In this document: in pieces, positions 1 to 10,428 of the stretch
How the letters are laid out: each line of letters starts with the position of its first letter
Position numbering within the stretch: the first letter of the stretch is position 1
NCBI GenBank assembly: GCA_963782525.1
Contig: CAWAKC010000008.1
Coordinates: 1 to 64,000 of the forward strand
Reading direction: 5' to 3'
Length of the DNA: 64,000 nucleotides
From: Candidatus Bathyarchaeota archaeon
GTDB lineage: Archaea > Thermoproteota > Bathyarchaeia > Bathyarchaeales > Bathycorpusculaceae
Translations under genes and position numbers: made by a program
The notes under the pieces: model-generated
Databases searched by the model: none
Seen by the model: the letters and a program-made list of their open reading frames with translations, nothing else
Told to the model about the DNA's origin: nothing

Positions 1-99
1 AGACAAATAAAATTCTCTATCATGACAGCCGATGAAACAGAGTGATCTTTTTAGTTTTTCTCTATTTCTCCCCAAAATTCCATCGTATAGCTAGTTTAG

Positions 100-333
100 T
101 GTCCAGTGCGAGCCTCTTTTCTCTGCGGTATGTCTCTTAAGCTTGGGAATATCCGTAAAAGGTCTTTTAGGAATATTTGGTTCAACTGGAGGTCTTTAAG
201 GCTCTGCATGACTTCGACCAGCTAAAATTGAATGTGGATTATTTGAATATTATGATCTATAAGGGGATGTCGTGCTAGGGAAGTCTATGGTGTGATCACT
301 AGTCTGTATGGACTTTTGTGGTGCTTTGTATGA
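100..333 (+). pseudogene. Degenerate radical SAM SPASM-domain remnant
   Basis: Manual translation gives KLGNIRKRSFRNIW, EVFKALHDFDQLK, ECG and GCRAR...LWCFV*, broken by stops and frameshifts; resembles the SPASM consensus LGNI..SF.EIW...GGCRA. Confidence 0.45.
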
Positions 334-440
334 GCCAACAAAATCGCGGGGCGATTCACCTGGCAGACGATCCATGTGTATCGATCAGCCGAAGGTTCTT
401 GCGCGCTTCCAAGAATTTGTGCAATAAGGCGAGTGTGTAA

Positions 441-1302
441 TTATTGTTTGTATTTTAAGATAATGTCTCCTACCTTAACACCTAAGTCGGAAGCGATTAC
501 AGGGCATTTAGCCATAAGCATGAAGAACAACCCATTATGTTCACTTAATCCTTCATAGTTGCCTTGACCCTTAGAAATAACAAGGTCATGCTTCTTTATC
601 CAACTCTTCACCGTTTGAGAGCTTCTCTTAGGTCCTGTTCCTGCCTCACCGTTACTCAGAGTTAAGAATTTGACGTTCGGCAAATCGCAAAGACCCATGT
701 ATACTGCATCCTCAATGGTTGCATCGTTTATGATTGGACCGCCTTTTACGACAAAACTTATTTTTTCAAGTTTCCTCGCTTTAAGAAAAGTCTCGACAAG
801 AAGCCTATCGAAGCCTATCTCTCCAGCGTTATCGGCAAAAAATAAGAGGGTTTCAGCATCCTTGAGATTCTCTTTCAGCTTCTCATAATCATCGATAGCA
901 AACTTCTTTTTCAAGACATCTCTAATTGTCTTTTCCAAGTTAAACTCTTGTAGTCGGTCCAAAATCAATAATGTTCCCTGCTATCGCAAGCCTAACCGCT
1001 GTTCTCAGCGGATCCCTGCTTTCTTCAACCTTCTCTTTGAGCGCAGGGTACATTTTCAAAACTAAATCGTTACTTTCTCTTTTAACTTCTTTATAAGGGT
1101 CTTTTTCGTTTGTAAGGCTCTTCACTATTTTATGGACTTCGTGGGCTAATTCTGGTGGAGTTGAGTCCCAATTTGACTCCAGAAGCTTCTTTGTGACTTC
1201 TCTTAAAACCTTCTGATGAAGCTCTTCATCTTTGCTTATGAAGCGCACAGCCTGCAGAGCCTGCCTCTGGAAACACGGAATACAATCGAGGTTCAGTTTC
1301 AT
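441..1302 (-). pseudogene. DUF89/ARMT1-like damage-control phosphatase, frameshifted near 955
   Basis: ORFs 940-1302 (CIPC, AIAGNIIDFG) and 441-968 (DNAGE, NDAT, KGQGNYE) are the two halves of one family; one extra base after GGA CCG. Confidence 0.85.
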
Positions 1303-1409
1303 TCTTTGAAACTCCTTCGGATACTAAGTAAACAGTAATTTAATTACCTTTAATATGCGCTAGGCAATCAATCAGATTATATGAAACGTAAATCAAACTC
1401 AATTAGGGG

Positions 1410-1916
1410 ATGAAAAGGATGGTGGGGTCAACAGAAAAAATAGTTCTGAAGCCTATCGGAGTTGTTCACACAAATGCTTCTGACAATCAAATAAAAGAAG
1501 AAAATAGAGAAATTGAAGCAATTGTGGAGATATTTGCTGAGTTTGAAGAAGCTCTGGAAGGTTTGGATGGGTATTCTCACCTATTTATATTATCTTACTT
1601 GCACAGGTTAAGAGCTGACCAAATCGGTCCTCTAAAAGTGAAACCTAAACGTGCAACAAGAAGAGGTTTCAAGCTTGAAGAGCTTCCTACGTTAGGAGTA
1701 TTTGCCTTAGATTCTCCGACGCGGCCGAACCCTATAGGTCTGACTCTTGTTCGCTTGCTCAAACGACACGGCAAGAAGCTTTTTGTTGCAGGAATCGACC
1801 TGTTTGATGGCACACCAGTCATTGACATTAAACCATGCCACCCTGACTACCAAGCGAATAAGTACACTATGCCTGAATGGTACTTCAAACTTATGGATAA
1901 GAAAGGTCATGTTTAG
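1410..1916 (+). CDS. tsaA: tRNA m6t6A37 methyltransferase TrmO/TsaA
   Basis: LKPIGVV, GVFALDSPTRPNPIGLT, DGTPVIDIKP motifs. Confidence 0.9.
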   Translation: MKRMVGSTEKIVLKPIGVVHTNASDNQIKEENREIEAIVEIFAEFEEALEGLDGYSHLFILSYLHRLRADQIGPLKVKPKRATRRGFKLEELPTLGVFALDSPTRPNPIGLTLVRLLKRHGKKLFVAGIDLFDGTPVIDIKPCHPDYQANKYTMPEWYFKLMDKKGHV

Positions 1917-1989
1917 GGAAACAACAGTCCAACAGCTGATTATATATATCCGGTTGCGCGCTGGCTTGTCCCGTGAAAAAAAATAATTA

Positions 1990-2096
1990 AAGAGCATTAA
2001 ATAGAATCGCTTAGGCTTATGCAGCATTCAGCTAGTTGAACTTGCTTTATATGGGGTTGAATGTGTTGCACATTCGCTGTTAAACCTTTTGCGATC
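1990..2096. repeat. 107-bp diverged direct repeat, copy 1 (copy 2 at 2506-2612)
   Basis: Ungapped manual alignment, about 80% identity. Confidence 0.85.
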
Positions 2097-2219
2097 AGCG
2101 ATTTCCTGTGCCTGCGAAAACCCCTTCAAAGTAAGTCCTGAATCACGCCAACCCGAGAATAACCCACGTTTATTGTCAAATGTTTCAGCGTGTCTAAAAA
2201 TAAACAATTTGCAGATCAT
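2097..2219 (-). pseudogene. N-terminal fragment of a histidine phosphatase (phosphoglycerate mutase family)
   Basis: MICKLFIFRHAETFDN...FSGWRDSGLT..G..QA motif; homology ends at the repeat boundary. Confidence 0.75.
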
Positions 2220-2505
2220 CAATCTCAACCTTACAGATTTCGAGTCGCAATCAAGAAAAGATTGTTCAGTTAACCATATTGATGTTTCGCAACTTACTAA
2301 ATTAAAAATATCGCATTTGCAGATTTGGCTCAGCTCAATTTGAACATATTTATTGACTTCTTCAGGTTCAAAGCAAAATTTAATTTGTTGAGTATGCACT
2401 AAAAATTTGCGCTATCTGCTTGTTCTTATATGGTCGAGACATTTCGCTAATCAGCGGTTTACTACTGCGGTCATGCTACTTCTGCGCCAGGTTTTGTTTT
2501 TTATG

Positions 2506-2612
2506 AAGAGCAATAAATAGAATAGCTCAAGCTTGTGCAGCATTCAGATAGTTGCACTTGCTTAATAGTAGGTTGAATCTGTTGCAAGTTCGCTCGAACA
2601 TCTTTTGCGATC
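2506..2612. repeat. 107-bp diverged direct repeat, copy 2
   Basis: Aligns to 1990-2096. Confidence 0.85.
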
Positions 2613-2767
2613 TTTCGACCTCTTTTTCTAATATCTGGAATGACTATTTTGAAGATTTCTTGGATGACTATTTATTGATCTGGGTATTGAAAAATATGTA
2701 GTTGCTAAACATTTGTTTTTAACTGAATAATCCATTAAGTTAATAGTATTCGTTTGACTAGTATTAA

Positions 2768-4654
2768 TTGAAGGGAAAAAGCGTGTTTTCTTATGCAGGA
2801 AAAATTTTACACGTTAACCTCTCAACTGGAGAAACAAAAACAGAGCCATTAAGTGAAGATATGGCTAAACAGTACATCGGCGGAATAGGATTAGGCATCC
2901 GCCTGCTCATGGACAATTCAAAACCAAGCACAGACGCATTTGACCCAGATAACCCTTTGATATACTGCGCTGGTCCACTCAGTGGCACTATGGGTCCAAC
3001 AGCTGGAAACGGGTACGCTGTTGTTTCAAAGTCACCTGCTACCGGAGGAGTTGGCGAAGGCAAAGCACACGGGTTCTTTGGCCCTGACCTTAAACGTGCA
3101 GGATACGACGCAGTTATCATCAAGGGTAAAGCACCAAAATTATCTTACCTTTGGATAGACGATGACAAAGTTGAGATTCGAGATGCTGAGTACCTGAAAG
3201 GCGCAACAGTTAACGATACTGATAATAGAATCCGGGATGAACTCGGCGACTTTTACATTAGAGTTTCTGCTATCGGTGAAGCTGGCGAGAAACTCTGTAG
3301 GTTTGCAGCAATCATAAATGACGAGTTTCGTGCTATTGGAAGAAGCGGAATGGGCGCAGTCATGGGTTCCAAAAACCTCAAGGCAGTTGCTGTCAGGGGA
3401 ACACACGACGTTAACGTCGCAAATCTTGAAGGGTTCAAAGAATTTATCAAAATGATTTTTGAACGCATGGAGGGTCCAGCAACTAAGAAATACAAAACTT
3501 TGGGGACACCCGAGAATGTTCTTGTTCTTAATTCTCTTTTTGCGTTAGCTACAAGGAACTTTACTAATTCCCGTTTTGAGGGCGCAGACAAAGTCAGTGG
3601 TGAAAACTTAAACGAGCATTATGTGAAGAAAATTATTGGCTGCGCAACTTGCGGTATGCGGTGTGACCACATTGCAGTTGTTCCAGAAGGACCTTACAAG
3701 GGTTCAACTTCACGATTGGAGTTCGAGTGTCTCTGGAGCATGGGACCATTATGCGGTATTGACCGATTAGACGCTATCATTGAAGCTATGCGTATCGTTA
3801 ACGAGTATGGCATGGACGGTATATCTATCGGCGTTGTCGTTGCATTTGCTATGGATCTTTATGAGCATGGCATAATTACAAAGGAGCAAACTGATGGTAT
3901 TGACCTTCGTTTTGGAAATGCTGAAGCGTTAATCGCTGTAATCCATAAGATTGGCAAACGGGAGGGTTGGCTTGGCAGTACGCTTGCTGAAGGAGTAGCT
4001 AAGGCTTCTGAAATCATCGGTGGAGACGCATACAAGTACGCTTGCCATATTAAAGGCTTGGAGTTGCCAGGTTATGACCTGAGAACTCTTAAGACTGCGG
4101 CTCTTGGCTTTAGTGTTTCGTTCCGTGGTGCCTGCCATCTACGAAATGGTGCTTACTCGCCTGATGTTAAAGGTAAAGTTAACCGTTTTAAGATTGAGAA
4201 AGGCAGGGGCAAAATGATTGCAGATGAAGGCAACATGTACAACATCATCGACTCACTTATTGTTTGCAAGTTCAGCAGAGGCACATACTACGATGGGTGG
4301 AAGGATTTGGCAAACTATTACACCTTGGCCACAGGCTTATCTTTGGCTCCGGAAGAAATGACAAAAAGCGGTGAACATATAGAGAACCTTGCAAGGCTCT
4401 TCAACATTCGAGAAGGTAAAGGCACACGTAAATTCGACACCTTGCCCTGGAAGATAATGAATTTTCCAGTGCCTGATGAGGGACCTGCTAAAGGTATGTA
4501 TGTTAGCGAGGAAGAATTCCAACTTGGTTTGGACGATTATTACTCTGTTAGAGGTTGGACTGCCGATGGAGTGCCCACAACTGAGAAGCTCAAGGCGCTG
4601 GGACTTGACAACTTGGCGTATATTGCTGAGAACGCTACTACCCGGAACGAGTAG
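2768..4654 (+). CDS. aor: Tungsten aldehyde:ferredoxin oxidoreductase
   Basis: YAGKILHVNLST, KSPATGG, GRSGMGAVMGSKNLKA, RGACH, DSLIVC; 628 aa. Confidence 0.95.
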   Translation: MKGKSVFSYAGKILHVNLSTGETKTEPLSEDMAKQYIGGIGLGIRLLMDNSKPSTDAFDPDNPLIYCAGPLSGTMGPTAGNGYAVVSKSPATGGVGEGKAHGFFGPDLKRAGYDAVIIKGKAPKLSYLWIDDDKVEIRDAEYLKGATVNDTDNRIRDELGDFYIRVSAIGEAGEKLCRFAAIINDEFRAIGRSGMGAVMGSKNLKAVAVRGTHDVNVANLEGFKEFIKMIFERMEGPATKKYKTLGTPENVLVLNSLFALATRNFTNSRFEGADKVSGENLNEHYVKKIIGCATCGMRCDHIAVVPEGPYKGSTSRLEFECLWSMGPLCGIDRLDAIIEAMRIVNEYGMDGISIGVVVAFAMDLYEHGIITKEQTDGIDLRFGNAEALIAVIHKIGKREGWLGSTLAEGVAKASEIIGGDAYKYACHIKGLELPGYDLRTLKTAALGFSVSFRGACHLRNGAYSPDVKGKVNRFKIEKGRGKMIADEGNMYNIIDSLIVCKFSRGTYYDGWKDLANYYTLATGLSLAPEEMTKSGEHIENLARLFNIREGKGTRKFDTLPWKIMNFPVPDEGPAKGMYVSEEEFQLGLDDYYSVRGWTADGVPTTEKLKALGLDNLAYIAENATTRNE

Positions 4655-4839
4655 ATACGGTGATTCCAAAGTAGTGTGGTATAACATCAAAAAGGACTTT
4701 GCGTCATTACTTTCTTAATGTTCTATATCGGAAGTGCTTCTCGGCAAATCGCAGGATAGGTGCACGCGAAAATGGTGCGTACTCTATGACTTGAGCGAGA
4801 AATCCTTCAAGCGCGAGCTTTTTGAGTAGAATTGATTTG

Positions 4840-6120
4840 TCAGTCAATTTTGTATTCATCGTGCTCTTCAGTCGGCGAAGTCATTCTTTTTAACAAGGCT
4901 GTATTTAGGAGGTTAACCGCCTCTATTATTTTCATAGATTTGGAGATAGAATAAATCTGTATTAAATTGTCACCTAGTATGTGGAACGGACCTTCGCCGA
5001 TACCTCCCGCTAGCACCACAGTAACATTTTCTTCAATCAAGAGGTTAGCAGCTTGTATACCCTTCTTGTGAGACAATTTTGCTCCCTCATTCGTCTTAAC
5101 ATTGGAACCCACTATTTGTCCTTCTTCAACATCTATGAAGGCAAAATAAGGCGCACTTCCAAAATGAAGACTAACTAATGAGTCTAAACCTTTGTCTTCA
5201 ACTATTGGAATAGCTACTCGAGTTTTTTTCCTATGCGCAATTCCCACATGAACGGTAACTAACTCCAAGTCTTCAAAACGTTGTTTGATTCTTCTTTCAA
5301 CCTCATCGGAAATCACATGTGCTCTTTTCAAGGAAAGCCCTTCTATCAACTCAATGTGTAACTCACCGAAGAAAACTGGTCCGGATTTTCGCAATCTGAC
5401 ATCGTGGGTTCCTCTAACTCCATTTACGGTCTCAGCTATTTCCTTCATTTCCTTAACTTTCTGTGGACTGGGTGAAACATCCATCAAAACCAGCACAGCA
5501 TCTTTTCCAAACAGTAATCCTCTTATCAGCACATATAAACCAATCAAGAAACCAATTAGAGCCTCACCAGCGGGAAAGCCTAACACAGCCAGAAAAACGC
5601 CGACAAAAACCAACAGAGAAGTATAAACATCTATCATAGAATGCAAGCCTTCGCTGATCATAGCTTGCGAACCAATTTGGCGACCCACCCTCGCTTTGTA
5701 TTTGGCAAGCAAATAGTAGATAATTGCTGATACAGCTGATACAGCAAGCGCTAAGTTTGAAAATGAGATAACGTAGACCTCAAAAAACTTTTGAAACGAC
5801 TCAAACATGATCAAAACGCTGGATGCCATAATTATCAAAGACACGGCGAACAATGCAAAAGTTTCTGCCTTATAGTATCCGTAAGGGAATCTTTCGTTTG
5901 GTTTTCTTTTTGCAATGTTGAGTCCAGCCCACACCGCTATTGATGAGAAAACATCCGAGAAAGAGTCGATTGTGCCCGCCAGGAGGGCAACGCTACCACT
6001 TGCTATGGAAGTGATTCCTTTCAAAATACCGAGTGATAGAAGAATAATTGTTGATAGTTTTGCTGCTTCTTCTCCTTTTTTAAGAGGTGTTCTTTTTTCG
6101 TTCATCTTTGAAAATCCCAA
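4840..6120 (-). CDS. Cation diffusion facilitator fused to a C-terminal NifB/NifX-like domain
   Basis: DSFSD, FPYGYYKAE, HSMID CDF motifs; tail VSLHFGSAPYF...GGIGEGP. Confidence 0.9.
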   Translation of the reverse strand: MGFSKMNEKRTPLKKGEEAAKLSTIILLSLGILKGITSIASGSVALLAGTIDSFSDVFSSIAVWAGLNIAKRKPNERFPYGYYKAETFALFAVSLIIMASSVLIMFESFQKFFEVYVISFSNLALAVSAVSAIIYYLLAKYKARVGRQIGSQAMISEGLHSMIDVYTSLLVFVGVFLAVLGFPAGEALIGFLIGLYVLIRGLLFGKDAVLVLMDVSPSPQKVKEMKEIAETVNGVRGTHDVRLRKSGPVFFGELHIELIEGLSLKRAHVISDEVERRIKQRFEDLELVTVHVGIAHRKKTRVAIPIVEDKGLDSLVSLHFGSAPYFAFIDVEEGQIVGSNVKTNEGAKLSHKKGIQAANLLIEENVTVVLAGGIGEGPFHILGDNLIQIYSISKSMKIIEAVNLLNTALLKRMTSPTEEHDEYKID

Positions 6121-6272
6121 TTTCTAATTGTGTCTGCATATTTACCTGCCTAAATAGACTCCCATTTCTATTAAGATGACAAATCTAAATCTAATAACTT
6201 CAGGCATTGGAACTTAATTGTTAACTAAGAAAGGGGAGGATTCTGCTTGGACAATTTACGCCTATCACCAAT

Positions 6273-6554
6273 TTAACCAGTTAGTTCTTCAACTTCTTTT
6301 TTGCCTTCAGCCAACTCTTTTTCCTGCTGCTTATCATTTGCTAGCAGCAAGGCGTGGAATTCTCCAACATGTGTCTTTTCTTCCCCAGCTATATCCCGCA
6401 AGACGATCTTTATGTGCTTATTTTCAGTTAACGCCGCCATCTGTTCGTAAAGGTTTACTGCATCTAACTCGGCGATGATTGCTACTCTGAGGATTTCTTT
6501 GTCCAAATCTTCTTTTGTCATTCTTTCAAAGTTCGCTGGAATTTTTGATAACAA
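6273..6554 (-). CDS. Ferritin-like protein (encapsulated-ferritin/rubrerythrin type)
   Basis: AELDAVNLYEQ and EEKTHVGE di-iron motifs. Confidence 0.85.
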   Translation of the reverse strand: MLSKIPANFERMTKEDLDKEILRVAIIAELDAVNLYEQMAALTENKHIKIVLRDIAGEEKTHVGEFHALLLANDKQQEKELAEGKKEVEELTG

Positions 6555-6631
6555 ACCTCTTTTTCCTCCAAATCTACGTTCCTATCCTTGAAATTTCGGA
6601 AAGTATTTCAACTAATTATAGTTGACAATAC

Positions 6632-7021
6632 TTATTGTTCTTCAGCTTGTTTCTTCTCTGGTTCAATCTTTGATTTTAGCTCTTTTAGTTGCGTTTCGAC
6701 GTCGTTGATTTCTTGCTCTATGCTGGCTTTCTCTTCTCCGAGCACCTTTTTGCTTTCTTCCAGTGCGGTTAGTTCATCTTGTGTATTAGGCGTTGGAGGC
6801 TGATACGCATATGTTGGGTCTGCCCACCACCCTCTTGGCAGTGACGGAAATCTTGCACATACCCGTGGATCAGCACCCCAGCCTCTGCCATATCCTCTGC
6901 CATATCCTCTACCATAGCCTCTGCCACCGTACATGCGTCCGGGTCTTTGCCATGGTGGCAAGTGACTGAATGGTCCTCTTCCGGGCCACTGATCGAAATA
7001 AGCTCTTCTTCGATATCCCAT
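6632..7021 (-). CDS. DUF5320-like Gly/Arg-rich protein with coiled-coil tail
   Basis: WPGRGPFSHLPPWQRPG, GRGY repeats, heptad C-terminus. Confidence 0.7.
   Translation of the reverse strand: MGYRRRAYFDQWPGRGPFSHLPPWQRPGRMYGGRGYGRGYGRGYGRGWGADPRVCARFPSLPRGWWADPTYAYQPPTPNTQDELTALEESKKVLGEEKASIEQEINDVETQLKELKSKIEPEKKQAEEQ
6881..6928. repeat. 12-bp coding tandem repeat x4 (GRGY)
   Basis: gcctctgccata/tcctctgccata/tcctctaccata/gcctctgccacc. Confidence 0.85.
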
Positions 7022-7311
7022 TTAGTTTCACCTCTGTTGGGTTATTTTTTGTGTTTATGCACACAATCAATTGTGTGATAGTGCACAGAAATATATAAAA
7101 GTTCTGTACAACATAAGATTTGTACGAACAGAATATAAAAATGTGTAAATGTGTCAAACATGAGAACAGAGCAAGAAATCAGAAAATGTTTAGATCACCT
7201 TGAAGATGAGATGTTAAACGCCGGTCCATTCACCGAGTTTGAAACCATCGCTAAAAAAGCATCGAAGCAAGCATTTGAGTGGGTTCTTGAAGAGACAGAG
7301 AACCCATTAAC

Positions 7312-7698
7312 GTGCTAAGCAAAAGACAAACAACCTCGAGAAGGAGAAAACCTGTTATGTGGCGAGGAAGACATAGATGTGGTGGAAGAGGTCGATTTCC
7401 AAAGCCCGTTACCTTAGGGACTATTCCATCCATAACCAGCTTTACTCCTAATCCGTCAAGGAATTCGGAACCAGTTTTCATTGAGTTTGCGGAAGTTGAA
7501 GCCTTCAGGCTGGTGGATATGGAGGGTTTGTCACAGGAAGAAGCTGGACAAAGTATGAGTATCTCAAGAGGAACCATTTGGAGACTTGTTCAGAGTGCAA
7601 GAAGAAAGACTGCGCAAGCCCTCAGCGAAGGAAGACCAATCTACATAGTCACATCTACTCCAAACAAAAACGCTCAGACCGATAATGAAATGAAGTAG
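7312..7698 (+). CDS. DUF134 HTH protein
   Basis: EVEAFRLVDMEGLSQEEAGQSMSISRGTIWRLVQSARRK. Confidence 0.9.
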   Translation: MLSKRQTTSRRRKPVMWRGRHRCGGRGRFPKPVTLGTIPSITSFTPNPSRNSEPVFIEFAEVEAFRLVDMEGLSQEEAGQSMSISRGTIWRLVQSARRKTAQALSEGRPIYIVTSTPNKNAQTDNEMK

Positions 7699-8114
7699 TT
7701 TGTCCTCTCAAAAAAGTGAGATAGTAGGAAGCTTGTCGGAAGCAAAAAATTTAGCACGCGTGGCTGCGTAGAAAAAGTAGAAGTGGCGATATCGTCCCGA
7801 GGTATAGGTTCAAATCGCAGCTGCCCACTAAGAGCCTATTTTCATAAATAGATGTCGAGTTAAGCAGCATTTTTGAAAATAATGTCTGTCGGGTTTTGGT
7901 TTTCTGGGGTGCCATAACATGTGCGTAACATGACATCTGAAATTGTCGAACTCTCGGGTGCACTATAAAAACGAGAGAAAAACACAGCTGTTTTAATAGC
8001 AATCCAGCTATTTTTTGTTCTCAAATTGATAGTATTTGAAAAATGTTTGAACGAGAGTTTGAACCTATACTGGGCTACCACACTTTTATAAAAGAAACAC
8101 ATTAATTTTAGCGT

Positions 8115-9047
8115 TCATTCCACAAATTGTTCAAGATATCCCGTTATCAGTGAATAAGCCTCTGCTCCATCAGGACCAAACCGGTCGTTGGTGCGGTCAC
8201 ACCAAATTAACACTTCCCCATCAAATTCTCCCACTGGCTCATTAAACTTTATCCTAAAAACACATTTACTAACCTCGCCTGCTCGAATCTCAAAAGTTAA
8301 TAATGGAAATTTTACTCCAGGCAAATGCAAATCGTACTTCTCATCCGTTCTGGACTCAAGCATAAACTCCCCCGTCTCTTCGAGCCTTAAAAGACTAGCC
8401 AGAAGGGATCCCTTATACGGTGGAAAACATGATTGAACTTCGAGCTCAGCATTCTTCCTGGCTTTTGTTACCTTCGCATCTAGAATATCTCTGTCCCAAA
8501 GTTCCACGTTTAGTTTCTGGGAATCAAATATAGCTTTTAGAGAAAAATACGCTGTCGTTAAGATAATTGCTCTTTGGCAACCATGAATAGACTTTGTTTG
8601 CTTCACTTTTAAAACTCTTGAATTTGGAACCAAGATGGTCTTGGGGCACATTATGGCTTGAATCTCAATTTTCTCTGCATCCTTCGAAACTATAAAGCCA
8701 ACACCCGAATCTTCGGCATATTTTTCGGGGTAGAATTCATAGTCTAACTCTTCCAACAGCCATTTAATGAACCGTTCAAATTCTTTTCCCGAAAGACTCT
8801 CCCATGGGTAAGAACTTATTTTTTGAGAAACCTCAGGTTTTTTTGGATTATCCAAACTAACTCTTTGCAAATTGGGCTCTGTTTTGCTTGTAACTTTGAG
8901 GCAGTATTCTTTTTCTATTCTCGCAGCCAACTCCTCTGCCTTATCGAGAGGAACCTGTAAACTGTCTTGCAGAAAACTCATAACATCAATGTTTGGATAC
9001 TGCTCAATTATTTCTTTCAAGATGCCATTAAACTTGACGTAAGGCAT
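8115..9047 (-). CDS. Mrr-like restriction endonuclease-fold protein (catalytic motif degenerate)
   Basis: LSGKEFERFIKWLL..., IILTTAYFS..A, VELWDRDIL; the usual GxD and QxK motifs read GVG and QAI. Confidence 0.75.
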   Translation of the reverse strand: MPYVKFNGILKEIIEQYPNIDVMSFLQDSLQVPLDKAEELAARIEKEYCLKVTSKTEPNLQRVSLDNPKKPEVSQKISSYPWESLSGKEFERFIKWLLEELDYEFYPEKYAEDSGVGFIVSKDAEKIEIQAIMCPKTILVPNSRVLKVKQTKSIHGCQRAIILTTAYFSLKAIFDSQKLNVELWDRDILDAKVTKARKNAELEVQSCFPPYKGSLLASLLRLEETGEFMLESRTDEKYDLHLPGVKFPLLTFEIRAGEVSKCVFRIKFNEPVGEFDGEVLIWCDRTNDRFGPDGAEAYSLITGYLEQFVE

Positions 9048-9048
9048 A

Positions 9049-10428
9049 TTATTGCTCCTTCAGTTTGTTTTTGGAAGCATGTTTGGGGCATAATTGCCGC
9101 TTAAACTCATCCGTGTATGTGAGGTTTAGTTTTGAGAAAACTTTTCCGCAAACATCGCAAAGTCCATAATGGTAGATGCATATGCTTGAATTGTCATGGC
9201 TGCATTTGAATTCCAGCAATCGACTGTGTTTCTTTCCACAGACTGAGCATACAAAGCCTGAGTCATGTTCAAAGTATTCATTGAGCTTCTCATCTAATTG
9301 TAAAGAGGCTTTTTTCGAATAAATTATTGCAGTATCAACGGATTGCCTAACACAGTCTCTGCAAACATAAAGCCCGTCTTGTGTAGCATAACCACAGGAA
9401 AAATTCTTTCGGCATATAGGGCAAGCAACTTCTGCAGTGTGTTTGAAGCCTAAGATAAACGAGGAGCGTATAGCTGAGTTGTTGTCGAGAATTACTTCAA
9501 ATTTAACCTTACTCGTATTAATTACGAGCAGGTTGATGAATTTTACCGAAATGTTGGTTAAATATGATTCTTCTTCTCTCCTAAGAAGCGCTTCATGGTT
9601 AGCATGCCACTGTTGAACGTCAAAATCATGTTTTCTAGAGATTACTTTTTCCCGCCGTTCTTTTCTGAGACGTTTATCGAAGCTTTTTAGCTTGGACCTT
9701 ACCTCTTTGGTTAGCGGCAAATCAAAGAAAATCAATTTTTCCTTAATAGTTGATTCTATTTTTTCGTCTGCAACTCTCTTCAGTTTTTCAAATACTATAA
9801 CGTCCAGCTTAGCCTTAAAACCTTGAATCTCTATCGCTTCATTAATCAACAAATTATTCTCGTTAACTTCGCCCATGCTTAAAACATTGCAATCCTCATC
9901 TACTAGTACGGTTAATATTTCTTCGTCTTTTTGCCTTAGCTTGTTCTGAAACGTTAGCGAATAATAAAATTGCAAGAACCTGACTGGCTCGTTTTTGCTA
10001 ATTTTTGTTGAGACAATTTTTCCATTATTTATTCGGTGGTAATACGATGTGGATTTCTCGCATGCATTGGTGATTTGTTCTCCAAGTGGTGCCTCCTCGC
10101 AATCTTCACAGGAAAAGGAAGCATCTTTAAAGTAGCCTCGCAATAGAGCGTCGATTCCCCCTTTAGGCTTAAATAATACTTGACATAAAACGCCGTTTTC
10201 TAAACTTTCTTCGAGCATTTGCTGGAACGCTGGGCTACCTGGCGTTAAAAGAGAAATTTTTCTTTCACGTGATATTGCTGGTTGGTAGGTATACTCTGTT
10301 GGGCTTGATTTATCTGGGTAGCTTACCGTAAAAACTTCATTTGATTGTTGGGTTATCTGGCCTTCTTTGGATTCGATATATGCTTTAATGAACTGGTGAA
10401 TCTTTGTATCTGAATTTTTTGTGCTCAA
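9049..10428 (-). CDS. Hypothetical protein with multi-Cys/His C-terminus, SNF2-associated (YqhG-like position)
   Basis: 459 aa; CPIC, CRDC, CSVC, CSH, CIYH, CDVC, CPKH; overlaps the helicase stop. Confidence 0.7.
   Translation of the reverse strand: MSTKNSDTKIHQFIKAYIESKEGQITQQSNEVFTVSYPDKSSPTEYTYQPAISRERKISLLTPGSPAFQQMLEESLENGVLCQVLFKPKGGIDALLRGYFKDASFSCEDCEEAPLGEQITNACEKSTSYYHRINNGKIVSTKISKNEPVRFLQFYYSLTFQNKLRQKDEEILTVLVDEDCNVLSMGEVNENNLLINEAIEIQGFKAKLDVIVFEKLKRVADEKIESTIKEKLIFFDLPLTKEVRSKLKSFDKRLRKERREKVISRKHDFDVQQWHANHEALLRREEESYLTNISVKFINLLVINTSKVKFEVILDNNSAIRSSFILGFKHTAEVACPICRKNFSCGYATQDGLYVCRDCVRQSVDTAIIYSKKASLQLDEKLNEYFEHDSGFVCSVCGKKHSRLLEFKCSHDNSSICIYHYGLCDVCGKVFSKLNLTYTDEFKRQLCPKHASKNKLKEQ

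Noticed and set aside
7790-7830. Intact tRNA gene
   Set aside because: The T-stem does not pair and there are no D or anticodon arms
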